Below, piece after piece: positions 17,986 to 27,103 of a stretch of 64,000 bases of DNA. The notes under the pieces were generated by a model. That model made no database searches. It worked only from the letters and a program-made list of their open reading frames with translations, and was not told the origin of the DNA. Numbering within the stretch: position 1 is the first letter of the stretch; each line of letters begins with the position of its first letter. Source of the DNA: Candidatus Dojkabacteria bacterium (lineage in GTDB: Bacteria; Patescibacteriota; Dojkabacteria; SC72); NCBI GenBank assembly GCA_034002865.1, contig JAVEZR010000001.1, positions 53,247 through 117,246 of the forward strand, given 5' to 3'. The translations under genes were made by a program, and so were the position numbers.

Positions 17986-19152
17986 ATGATATATTTTGAT
18001 ATGGATTTAAATAGTGCCCGGAGCAATGCTCCTGTAAATACAGCTAATGATATTCTCTCTGAGATTGTAGAGCTGCAAAACAAGCTTAGTACTTCTCCTG
18101 CACCAATAGAGCTTAAAGAAGATGTAATGAGAACCATTCAGAGATTGGAGAGAATGGCAAAATGGGGTAACTATAGCTCAGAGTTTGAGAGTGTAGATAA
18201 GTATGTAGACTGGGTAACAAGAATACCTTGGGGAGTTATCTCAGAGGATAACTTGAATATTGAGAATGCGAAAGAGCTAATGGACTCTACACACTACGGT
18301 ATGGATGTTGTAAAGAATTTGATACTAGATTACTTAGCAGTAATGCAGATACAGAAGTTAACAGGTAGGAACACTCCTCAGAGTAGTAACTCAGATATGG
18401 CTGGACTAAGGGGTTCATCTGCTAATGCTCCTGTACTTCTTTTCTTAGGCCTACAGGGTGTAGGTAAAACCTCTATTGCAAAATCCATAGCTCAGTCAAT
18501 GGGAAGGAAGTTCGCTAGAGTCTCACTTGGAGCTATTGGAGATGTAAGAACATTAAGAGGTTCACCAAGGCATGAGATTGATTCCGAGCCAGGACAGATA
18601 ATTAAGGCACTAGTTAGGACAGGTACAATGAATCCAGTAATTTTAATTGATGAGATAGAGAAAGCAAGTGGTAATGCTGGTTTACTTAATGATGTAATGG
18701 CAGCTCTACTTGAGATATTAGATTCAGAGCAGAACTCTACTTTTATAGACCACTATGTTGATCATCCTGTAGATTTATCTCAAGTATTTTTCATATGTAC
18801 AGCAAATAACCTAGGCGGGTTATCTGCAGCACTGTTAGATAGGGTGGAGATAATTAGGTTTACTAGTTACTCTGATGAAGAGAAAGGTGTAATAGCTAAG
18901 TCATATATACTACCTAAGGTTTTAAAAAATATGGGACTTACAGATCAACATATTCAAATTACACAGGAGGTATGGCCACTACTAATTAGGCCTGTTGGTT
19001 TTGATGCAGGTATAAGGCAGTTAGAAAGAAATATTGCTACATTAGCTAGAAGTGCTGCTAGACAGATAGTAGGGGGGCATCCTTTACCAATAGTTGTAAC
19101 ACCTGAGAATGTTAAAGAGTATGTACTTCCAGATCAAGGCCCTCTAAGTTAA
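17986..19152 (+). CDS. Lon-like AAA+ ATPase module with no N-terminal LAN domain and no C-terminal protease domain
   Basis: Matches the Lon coiled-coil linker and AAA+ core: YVDWVTRIPWG, HYGMDVVKNLILDYLAV, Walker A GLQGVGKTSIAKSIA, Walker B VILIDEIEK, sensor LLDRVEIIRF. The ORF stops right after the AAA+ small domain. Confidence 0.75.
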   Translation: MIYFDMDLNSARSNAPVNTANDILSEIVELQNKLSTSPAPIELKEDVMRTIQRLERMAKWGNYSSEFESVDKYVDWVTRIPWGVISEDNLNIENAKELMDSTHYGMDVVKNLILDYLAVMQIQKLTGRNTPQSSNSDMAGLRGSSANAPVLLFLGLQGVGKTSIAKSIAQSMGRKFARVSLGAIGDVRTLRGSPRHEIDSEPGQIIKALVRTGTMNPVILIDEIEKASGNAGLLNDVMAALLEILDSEQNSTFIDHYVDHPVDLSQVFFICTANNLGGLSAALLDRVEIIRFTSYSDEEKGVIAKSYILPKVLKNMGLTDQHIQITQEVWPLLIRPVGFDAGIRQLERNIATLARSAARQIVGGHPLPIVVTPENVKEYVLPDQGPLS

Positions 19153-19376
19153 TATCCCTTAAAAGGGTTTGTTAATTGTAAAGCCTTCATTACCCTTGAT
19201 AGATTCTCATCCTTTATTGCCCTGGAGATGTCAGTTTTTACTCTACTTTTTTCTTCATACTTCTCTAAAAATAGAAGATCATTATTAACCTTCTCTTGAG
19301 ATAGCTGTTTTATATCCACAGCTTCTGTTACAAGATACTTCTTTAATTCTTCGTTACTGTTTTGATTTGTCATCAT
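19149..19376 (-). CDS. Small hypothetical protein (75 aa) that is the last gene of the VirB4 operon
   Basis: Charged, probably helical ORF that overlaps the 3' end of the VirB4-like gene (19354-19376), consistent with operon coupling. No motif. Confidence 0.3.
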   Translation of the reverse strand: MMTNQNSNEELKKYLVTEAVDIKQLSQEKVNNDLLFLEKYEEKSRVKTDISRAIKDENLSRVMKALQLTNPFKGY

Positions 19377-21759
19377 TCTCTATTATACCTTGTGGAGTTA
19401 TATGAGTTCTCCCTTTATTTAATTCCTCTCTCTGTTTACGTACCTGCCCCGGTATTGTGTTTTCTTCTACCATATCTACAAAGGATTTCTGAGACTCAAA
19501 CTTTTTAGGATTAAGAATCTCTTCCTGTTCCCTTAGTCTCTTTTCTAACTCCTCCTGATATTTGTTTCTCTCAGATTGAATCTTTTGTATATCTTCCTGC
19601 CTTCTCTCGACTGCTCTTTCAATTAACTCACTCTGTTTTGTAGAATCTGCAGAGATATTCTTCATAGGCTGTTGAGCTGCCGGTGGGTCATATATCTGAG
19701 CTAACTCTTGTATAGATCTTGTATCAGTCATACCTTTCTGACTCTTTCTAGCCTCTATTTCTCTTGGGTCTGAGGTAATTAGTTCATGCTCTGATTGGCT
19801 AGAGAGAACCTGTATTCCAACATGGTTAGCTCCTGCAAAGAAGAGACCTTGTCCTCTGTCACAGTTTAGTAAGAAGTTTCTTTCTCCGTCAGAGAGATTA
19901 AATACCTGTTGTAATTTTTCTACAGCAGATGGACTCTGTTTCATTAATATCTGTATTGAAGAGTTTGAGATTATTGCCCTTCCCATATCATTGTTCATAA
20001 AGTCGGCGACATCTTGTGTAATAGTTGTTAATCCTAAGTAGTACTTTCTTGCTCTTTTAGCTAAAGAGTACATAAATTTTGCAGAATCTTCTCTTTGCAT
20101 CATATACCAAGCTTCATCAACAATTAACTGTCTCCTTCTTTGATCCTTACGTATCTTTGTCCATATGAAATCTAACATTAGATACATTGAGAGAGGCTTT
20201 AGTTCTTCTTGTAGATCTCTAACACTAAATACTGTAAATGGATTATTAATTTCAAAGTTACTAGCCTCATTAAATACTCCAGCCGCACTTCCCATTATAT
20301 ATTTCTCCATTCTTTTAGAGAGCTCGTGTGCTTCTGTTTCTGCCATTCCCTTCAACACCTTATACAGATCCTCTAGAAGTGGAGCAGGGCGTTTCTGTGT
20401 TGCAGGGTCAAATGTAATACCTTTTTCTCTGTACGTTAATATCAGTGCTCTATCTAATATTGAGGTTTCTACATTTGTAAGTCCTTCAAACATTACTTTA
20501 AAGAATCCTTGCAGTGCTAGTAGTTTCATTCTTAACTCGTCATCTCCTTCCTCTGTCACCCCTGAGAGTTCAAATGGATTCATCTTATGACCTTTGTCTT
20601 GTGAGAAAGAAATGTATGCTCCATTAACTGCTTTTGAGAGATCTTCATACTCTCGCTCTGGATCAATAATTATTATATGTGTACCAAGCATTAAGCTTCT
20701 TACGGCTTCTAATTTTACAAAGTAACTTTTACCTGCACCTGACTTAGCAAAGACAACGGCATTTGCATTCTCTAATTCAAATCTGTCAAATATTACTAAG
20801 CTCTTGTTATGCATATTAATCCCGTACATAATTCCATGGTCCATTGTTAACTCTGATGTTACAAATGGGAATGTTGTAGCAAGAGAGGTAGTATCCATAT
20901 TCCTAGTAATGTACAGTTTGTCCAATCCTAATGGCTGAGTGCTGATAAAGGCAGGCTCTTGTTGAAGTGTTGCAGGTTTTGCTATTACATTCATAGCAGC
21001 AAGCGTAGAGGTAACATTCCTAGAGTATTTCTCAAGTAAATCTTTTGAAGGTCCATATATTGTTACGTACATAGCAAAGTGGAAGAACTTCTCAGTACCC
21101 TCTGCTATGGAGTCTTGTAGCTGTTGAGCATCAGAGAGAGCTACCTTTAAAGATGGGTCTACAACTTTCCTATCTTCCATCTGGGAGTAAAGGGTAGCTT
21201 CCATCTCACCTATCTTTTTCTTAAGTTTCTCTAATATGATTTTAGAATCTACAGGGTAGTAAAAGGTACTTATTCTAAGTGAGTGCTCAAAGTTGATAAT
21301 GGGGGAGAGCCAATTAGGTCCTACAAATCTGGGATATCCACTAACAAAAAAGGTTCTAGAGTAGTAATCACCCATTTGTAATGTATTAAAATCTACCTCT
21401 ACATCTATTGGAGCAATGATATCTTGAGTACTTAAGCCTTCGAATTTACCAACAGGAGCTTCAGCTTTTATTTCAACCTTTGGAGGTTTTATACCTATGG
21501 TTGTTTTAAAGTTATCGATTATTTTTGCAAAAGGACTCCTTTTATCCTCTTCCTTAGTATCATTAAATCTATCTTTTTTATCTACTTGCTCTTTAGATGT
21601 TTTAATATTCTCTAAATCTTTTCTTAGATCACCTTGAAAAGAAGCATATTTGTTCTCGGTAAGCTTGTTTTTACGCTCATCGAGCATCTGCATAGTCTTC
21701 GATGTTAAGTTGTTTTTACTATCTTTGTTATTCATCCTCTCCTTTTGGTAATTCTTCAT
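19354..21759 (-). CDS. virB4: VirB4/TrbE/CagE-family type IV secretion ATPase with K/E-rich N- and C-terminal extensions
   Basis: N-domain motif YSRTFFVSGYPRFVGPNWLSPII. Walker A VVFAKSGAGKSYFVK. IIIDPEREYEDL (VirB4 D-P-x-G/E-Y). Walker B LIVDEAWYMM. GLTTITQDVADF. No TM helices. ~100 aa of K/E/D-rich N-terminus and ~150 aa of charged C-terminus lie outside the ATPase core. Confidence 0.85.
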   Translation of the reverse strand: MKNYQKERMNNKDSKNNLTSKTMQMLDERKNKLTENKYASFQGDLRKDLENIKTSKEQVDKKDRFNDTKEEDKRSPFAKIIDNFKTTIGIKPPKVEIKAEAPVGKFEGLSTQDIIAPIDVEVDFNTLQMGDYYSRTFFVSGYPRFVGPNWLSPIINFEHSLRISTFYYPVDSKIILEKLKKKIGEMEATLYSQMEDRKVVDPSLKVALSDAQQLQDSIAEGTEKFFHFAMYVTIYGPSKDLLEKYSRNVTSTLAAMNVIAKPATLQQEPAFISTQPLGLDKLYITRNMDTTSLATTFPFVTSELTMDHGIMYGINMHNKSLVIFDRFELENANAVVFAKSGAGKSYFVKLEAVRSLMLGTHIIIIDPEREYEDLSKAVNGAYISFSQDKGHKMNPFELSGVTEEGDDELRMKLLALQGFFKVMFEGLTNVETSILDRALILTYREKGITFDPATQKRPAPLLEDLYKVLKGMAETEAHELSKRMEKYIMGSAAGVFNEASNFEINNPFTVFSVRDLQEELKPLSMYLMLDFIWTKIRKDQRRRQLIVDEAWYMMQREDSAKFMYSLAKRARKYYLGLTTITQDVADFMNNDMGRAIISNSSIQILMKQSPSAVEKLQQVFNLSDGERNFLLNCDRGQGLFFAGANHVGIQVLSSQSEHELITSDPREIEARKSQKGMTDTRSIQELAQIYDPPAAQQPMKNISADSTKQSELIERAVERRQEDIQKIQSERNKYQEELEKRLREQEEILNPKKFESQKSFVDMVEENTIPGQVRKQREELNKGRTHITPQGIIENDDKSKQ

Positions 21760-22384
21760 CTGGGTTATATATTGTATAAAACTCTGTTATTAACTCTTTA
21801 TTTGTAAGTTGATGTCCAAAGAGTCCCATTCTTCCTAACTGCTTTAGTAGATGATCTCTTTTTGGATAGAGGAAGATTTTAGATTTTTCTAGTAGTTGAT
21901 CCTGTTTCATTGCTAAGCTTCTCTCTATTTCTTCTCTTGTTTGTTTCGATTTTAAAAGAGATGAACCGGGAATCTCACCTGCAGGATTAAAGGGAATTAC
22001 TATTAAGAATGTTTTATCTAATACATCATTTTGAACTATTAAGTTCTGTATAAACTCGGTATATATATTTAACTGTCTTTTTAAACCCTCAGACATGGCT
22101 TCATTCTCCTGCTCTTCAAGGTAATCCACATAGTTAGAGATATCTATTCTCCTTGTTCTAATTAATATTTGGATATGGAAATTAAGGGAGTTTAGTAGTC
22201 CTGCAAAAGCATATATCTTACTATCCTGCTCATACTCTGCTAGTAAGTCAAAGTTAATAGCGGAGGTTTGAAGTACAAGAGCTACAGTACCAGTTTTTGT
22301 AATAACTAAATCATCAACTATCTCTCTTACTTCGAGATGATCCTGTGTAGATGAAGTTGTTCTTGCTCTTGCATTTATATCCAT
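21728..22384 (-). CDS. Hypothetical soluble protein (218 aa), translationally coupled to the flanking membrane-protein and VirB4 genes
   Basis: The stop overlaps the VirB4 start by 32 nt, and the start overlaps the stop of the upstream gene (ATGA). No TM and no recognisable motif. Confidence 0.5.
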   Translation of the reverse strand: MDINARARTTSSTQDHLEVREIVDDLVITKTGTVALVLQTSAINFDLLAEYEQDSKIYAFAGLLNSLNFHIQILIRTRRIDISNYVDYLEEQENEAMSEGLKRQLNIYTEFIQNLIVQNDVLDKTFLIVIPFNPAGEIPGSSLLKSKQTREEIERSLAMKQDQLLEKSKIFLYPKRDHLLKQLGRMGLFGHQLTNKELITEFYTIYNPDEELPKGEDE

Positions 22385-23220
22385 TACTTCAGTGTTATCT
22401 TCAAAGGTAATTTACTCTGATTAGATGATACAACTATTCTTAACTTTGGTGCTCCTGAGATTGGGCCTTCAAACTCTACTGTATATATTCCTTCTGGATA
22501 TATTTTATTAGTTAAGAAGTATCCATTAGGGCCAGTCTTATTAGCATACAGGATCTTACCATTAGAATCCTTAAGAAAGGCATTTATACCAGAGAGAGGT
22601 TGACTGTCTTTAGTACATAGCCAGATATTAATATTACCAGGTAGTTGATCTACACTTTTTATTGGAAATTGGAAGTTAGAGATATTTTCCTCTGAAATAG
22701 TGAGATACTCCTCTGTAGGAGTAATTACCTCTTCTGTTTCTTGCACTACCTGTGGTGTAGTCATAACTTCCTGTGTACTATCTCCTGCTAAGATATCATC
22801 TCCTGGATTCTCTTCAAAGATGTCTACCCTCTGTTTTTGTGTAATATCTGAAGCTCCTATTACCTTCTTCTTGCTTTCATCTACAGCATTAACCTGAGGT
22901 TTAATCCTTTGCTCTTTCATAGTTTGGTTTAACCATACTCTCTGTGTAGGCTTATTTATTGCAGAGAAGAAATTTATAATGGCTTTATCTGCAGGTAAAT
23001 CATTTATTGGTACAAGTGCTAAGAAAGCCCCTATACCTGAGAGTATTGCAAAGAGAGGTATACCAACAATGCCAGGTATATCTCCTCCGATAGAGAAGTA
23101 GAGGAAGATAGAGCCTGTACCTATACCTAAGGCTAAATATGCGAACTCTTTTAATGTAAACCTTGTGAAGAGTTTAAACTCGATATCTAATACATTTTGT
23201 GGAATAGGATGTTGTCTCAT
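22384..23220 (-). CDS. PrgI/VirB3-like membrane hairpin protein fused to a C-terminal extracytoplasmic beta-sandwich domain (carboxypeptidase-regulatory-like)
   Basis: The N-terminus (IPQNVLDIEFKLFTRFTLKEFAYLALGIGTGSIFLYF, then a second TM) resembles PrgI/TcpE/VirB3-family proteins encoded next to VirB4. The C-terminus (KDSNGKILYANKTGPNGYFLTNKIYPEGIYTVEFEGP) looks like a CarboxypepD_reg/Ig-like fold. Confidence 0.45.
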   Translation of the reverse strand: MRQHPIPQNVLDIEFKLFTRFTLKEFAYLALGIGTGSIFLYFSIGGDIPGIVGIPLFAILSGIGAFLALVPINDLPADKAIINFFSAINKPTQRVWLNQTMKEQRIKPQVNAVDESKKKVIGASDITQKQRVDIFEENPGDDILAGDSTQEVMTTPQVVQETEEVITPTEEYLTISEENISNFQFPIKSVDQLPGNINIWLCTKDSQPLSGINAFLKDSNGKILYANKTGPNGYFLTNKIYPEGIYTVEFEGPISGAPKLRIVVSSNQSKLPLKITLK

Positions 23221-23279
23221 TATTCAGGAATAGTTTACCAGAATTATCAATAATAGTGGAGGGTAATACTTCTTAAAAG

Positions 23280-24107
23280 ATGTTGTACCTGCTATCATAT
23301 CCTGTAATGTACAGAAAAGAGCTAAAAGAAATAATAGAGGAGTTAGTACTGTTTAAATCTAATATGGGGCTAAAACTCTCTATTAAAAAGCTTCAATATA
23401 TATGGGGTAAGGGAATTATAAAGGGGCTAGATGAGAGTATATTAAATACTCTGGAAAGAGGAACAAAAGAAGAGAGTTCTAATATTACACAGAAGAAAAT
23501 AGAGATTGCAAATGAAAGAGTAAAATCTTTATTGGTATCTAACTGGGTTAGATTTGTAGGTATATCTGGTTCTGTAGCTGCAGGCTTTACTAAAGAGGAT
23601 GATGATATAGATTTATTTATCGTTGTTAGAGATGGTAGCGCATGGATATATAGGGGGATATTAACAGTAAGAAATATATTTAATCATATAGCTAGGACAA
23701 GTAGAGATGGGAATACTGTTAAGGATCTGTTCTGTATAAATTTCATAGTTGAAGAGAGAGGCTTAGAGCTTGAATCTGATATATTTAATTTCCATGAGCT
23801 TATGTATCTTATACCTCTTTACAATGAGAGATATCTTAATCATATTTACAGAAAGAATAGATGGTTACTTACTAAGTATTTCATCAACAAAGAATTAGTA
23901 GTAAGTAGGGAGAGAGAGCTTAAGAGAGTAAATATCTTCTTAAGAATTATTAATTGGCTTGCATATATAGCCCAAATCCTCTTTATGATACTTTCAGGTC
24001 ATAGGCCAGAGATAGATAGGTTACTTAGTAATTATAAAGAGGGTAGGATAGAGTTCTTTCCTAAGGAGTATAAAAGCGAGGTAATGAAAAGTGTGATTAA
24101 GAAATAG
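23280..24107 (+). CDS. Nucleotidyltransferase-fold protein (Pol-beta/LicD-like GS...DDDID motif)
   Basis: GISGSVAAGFTKEDDDIDLFIVV fits the minimal nucleotidyltransferase pattern hG[GS]x9-13DhDh. 275 aa, with a helical C-terminal region. Confidence 0.4.
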   Translation: MLYLLSYPVMYRKELKEIIEELVLFKSNMGLKLSIKKLQYIWGKGIIKGLDESILNTLERGTKEESSNITQKKIEIANERVKSLLVSNWVRFVGISGSVAAGFTKEDDDIDLFIVVRDGSAWIYRGILTVRNIFNHIARTSRDGNTVKDLFCINFIVEERGLELESDIFNFHELMYLIPLYNERYLNHIYRKNRWLLTKYFINKELVVSRERELKRVNIFLRIINWLAYIAQILFMILSGHRPEIDRLLSNYKEGRIEFFPKEYKSEVMKSVIKK

Positions 24108-24110
24108 AGA

Positions 24111-25190
24111 TTATATCTCTCCGTTTAAATGTATTAGCTGTGCATCTTTTAATATGCTCTTCGGTAATGTTTTATAATCTATTACAGTAATAAATGTTTG
24201 TTGTCTATCAAGAAACTTTTTCTCAAAGATTCTCTTTGTATTTGATATATCTAACTCTGATGCAATATCATCTAACAAGAGGATAGGGTAGAAGCCTGTT
24301 TTGTTATTTACAATCTCTTGTGTATGGAATATGAGTTTCCCTATTGCTAATCTTTTTTCACCTCTTGATCCAAACTTTCTAATATCCATACCTAAAGATA
24401 TCTCCCAATCATCTCTATGTGGCCCTATGTTTGTATACCCAGTAGCTATGTCCTTCCTTTTACTATTTTCTAAATCTTGTAGTAAGATTTCGTTTAAATA
24501 CTCTTTGTTATTTAATTTTCTTCTATCAAATAGAAAGCCGGTATTGTACTTAATCTCATATCCATCTTTAGATAGCTCTCTTGCTAGCTGTATTCTGTTT
24601 TGTAAGATTGGAATAGAGTGTAGTACTATCTGATTGCTCCAGAAGTTTAGTTGAGGGTCATTTATTGCTAAGACACCTTTCTCGTAGAATAGCTTTGCTA
24701 ATCTTTTTAAGTATGCATTTCTCTGTCTTAATACCTTCTTGAAATTCTTTAAGTCATATTCATACTCATAGTTATATTTCTGGATTGTATCATCTAAGAA
24801 ATCTCTTCTTTGTGATGATGAAATCATTAGTAGCTCTATCTTCTCTGGATTAAATATAGTTGCACATCTATCCTGAAAGAAGGATTTGCTTCTTACACTT
24901 TTACCATCTACCTTGAATATTTTCTTCCCTATATCCTTAAAATATACATAGCTTTTCTCATCCTTTACAATCTCTATTCTAGTATGTGAACCTATTTCCG
25001 TTTGCTCTGTATTAACAAATTCATCTGTAGATGCCCATGGTGATTTACCATTGCTGATGATATATAAAGCTTCTAGTACAGAGCTTTTACCTTGAGCGTT
25101 ATGTCCGTAAAATACTGTAATATTGGTATTGAATTTAAAGTTCTTTTCTTTAAATTTTCTGAAGTTTTTTACTACTAATTCCTCTATCAT
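24111..25190 (-). CDS. recF: DNA replication and repair protein RecF
   Basis: The N-terminus (MIEELVVKNFRKFKEKNFKFNTNITVFYGHNAQGKSSVLEALYII) matches RecF, including the Walker A. 359 aa. Confidence 0.8.
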   Translation of the reverse strand: MIEELVVKNFRKFKEKNFKFNTNITVFYGHNAQGKSSVLEALYIISNGKSPWASTDEFVNTEQTEIGSHTRIEIVKDEKSYVYFKDIGKKIFKVDGKSVRSKSFFQDRCATIFNPEKIELLMISSSQRRDFLDDTIQKYNYEYEYDLKNFKKVLRQRNAYLKRLAKLFYEKGVLAINDPQLNFWSNQIVLHSIPILQNRIQLARELSKDGYEIKYNTGFLFDRRKLNNKEYLNEILLQDLENSKRKDIATGYTNIGPHRDDWEISLGMDIRKFGSRGEKRLAIGKLIFHTQEIVNNKTGFYPILLLDDIASELDISNTKRIFEKKFLDRQQTFITVIDYKTLPKSILKDAQLIHLNGEI

Positions 25191-27013
25191 TATGTCTTAA
25201 GGATACTTAAAAATGCCTCTTGTGGGATATTAACTTGACCTACCATCTTTAACCTCTTCTTACCTTTCTTCTGTTTCTCTAAGAGTTTTAATCGTCTAGT
25301 GTAATCACCTCCGTACAGTTTAGCAGTTACATCTTTTCTAAATGCTTTTACATCCTCTCTTGCAATTATCTTAGCCCCTATGGCAGCTTGAAGCGGTATA
25401 GGGAACTGTTGTCTAGGTATTTCATTTTTCATCACTTCTAGAAGCTTAGAGGCTTTAGATTGTGCTAACTCTCTTGTTTCTAAGAAGCTTAGCGCTGGTA
25501 TTTCTTCATGATTAACAAGTACAGCTACTTTTACTAAATCTACAGGGAAGAAATCTATCAATTCATACTCCATAGAGGCATATCCACTAGATTTGTTTTT
25601 AAGTTGATCAAAGAAATTAGAAACTAAACTTGCTAATGGCATATCATACTCTAAAACTATATATTGATCCTTTAGCTGTATACTCCCTGATTTCGCTGTT
25701 ATATATTCTGTATTAACATATTGGCCTCTTTTGGTTTGGCATAGCTCCATTAGTACTCCCATATATCTATCTGGAGTCATTAGTTTTAATCTTACCCACG
25801 GTTCTAATATCTCTGATATTTCAGATGGATCTGGTAACTCCTGTGGTGTTTGTATTGTTATCTTCTCTCCTGTTATCTTTGTAATCTCATACTCTACAGT
25901 AGGTGCTGTTATTATTAACTCTACATCATGCTCTCTTTCTAATCTTTCTTGGATAATTTCCATATGTAGTAGCCCAAGGAAGCCACACCTGAATCCAGAG
26001 CCTAAGAGATTAGATCTTTGGTCTGTAAATGTTAATGAAGCATCATTCATACTTAATTTGTTTAACCCTATCTTAAGAGGTTGATAGTCATCTGACGTAA
26101 CGGGAAAGAATGTAGCAAAGACATTTGGTTTAGGAGTTCTGTATCCTTCTAGAGCTTCAGTCTTAGGGCTATCTGAGATTGTATCTCCTACTGTAAAGAA
26201 ACTTATATCTTTAAATCCGGTGGCTATATATCCTACCTCTCCTGTATCTAAATGTTCTGTTTCTTCCAAATCTGGAGTAAATATTCCCACCTCTGTTGGT
26301 TTAAATACCTCTTTCTTTTGTAGTATGTATAGGTCTGTTGATTTGCCAGGTGTATATACTATCTTTCCATCAAAAACTCTAACAGCGACAACTACACCCC
26401 TATGTTCATCGTAGAAAGAATCGAAGATTAAACTTTTTAAAGGAGAGTTTATATCACCCTGTGGAGCAGGGCATTTCTCAACTATCCTATCAAGGAGTAA
26501 TTCTACACCCTCTCCTGTTTTCCCAGATACTTTTATTATCTCCTCTTTTCTAAATCCTAGGAGATTTTCTAATTCCTGTTCTCTAGCAGCAATATCTATA
26601 TTTGGTAAATCTATTTTATTTATTACAGGGATTAGTGTTAGTCCTAAATCTAGCGCCTTCTGTGTATTAGAGATTGTCTGTGCTTGTACTCCTTGTGATG
26701 CATCTACAAGAAGTATTGCAGCCTCACATGCAGCTAGAGACCTTGAGACTTCATATGAGAAGTCTACATGTCCTGGTGTATCTATTAGATTGAGTTGGTG
26801 TTCTTTCCATATCATTCTACACGCCTGTAGCTTTATAGTGATGCCTTTCTCTTGCTCTAAGTCTAATCGATCTAATACTCTAGAATCTCTCTTATCCCTA
26901 GAGATATCTATATGAGCAGCTTCAAGCATTCGATCTGCTAATGTAGATTTCCCATGATCTATGTGAGCTATTATGGAAAAGTTTCTAATTTTGTTTAAAG
27001 CTGTGTTACCCAT
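25190..27013 (-). CDS. lepA: Elongation factor 4 (LepA)
   Basis: IRNFSIIAHIDHGKSTLADRML, DTPGHVDF, NKIDLP, and the LepA-specific C-terminal domain. 607 aa. Confidence 0.95.
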   Translation of the reverse strand: MGNTALNKIRNFSIIAHIDHGKSTLADRMLEAAHIDISRDKRDSRVLDRLDLEQEKGITIKLQACRMIWKEHQLNLIDTPGHVDFSYEVSRSLAACEAAILLVDASQGVQAQTISNTQKALDLGLTLIPVINKIDLPNIDIAAREQELENLLGFRKEEIIKVSGKTGEGVELLLDRIVEKCPAPQGDINSPLKSLIFDSFYDEHRGVVVAVRVFDGKIVYTPGKSTDLYILQKKEVFKPTEVGIFTPDLEETEHLDTGEVGYIATGFKDISFFTVGDTISDSPKTEALEGYRTPKPNVFATFFPVTSDDYQPLKIGLNKLSMNDASLTFTDQRSNLLGSGFRCGFLGLLHMEIIQERLEREHDVELIITAPTVEYEITKITGEKITIQTPQELPDPSEISEILEPWVRLKLMTPDRYMGVLMELCQTKRGQYVNTEYITAKSGSIQLKDQYIVLEYDMPLASLVSNFFDQLKNKSSGYASMEYELIDFFPVDLVKVAVLVNHEEIPALSFLETRELAQSKASKLLEVMKNEIPRQQFPIPLQAAIGAKIIAREDVKAFRKDVTAKLYGGDYTRRLKLLEKQKKGKKRLKMVGQVNIPQEAFLSILKT

Positions 27014-27103
27014 ATATCAGGGTATTATATCGAGAATATTGTTATATTAAAAGGAAAGAGAGTGTATATGCTCTCTTTAACGTATTTTAGATATCTACGT
27101 TTG

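Noticed and set aside
20165-20590. 141-aa plus-strand ORF inside the VirB4 gene
   Set aside because: It is antisense to the well-conserved VirB4 ATPase core and is Ser/Leu-rich low complexity.
23221-23279. Possible mobile-element boundary between the VirB4 operon and the NTase gene
   Set aside because: No inverted or direct repeats, no tRNA or integrase, and the flanking genes are housekeeping. There is no evidence that the VirB4 locus is an island beyond its lineage-unusual content.
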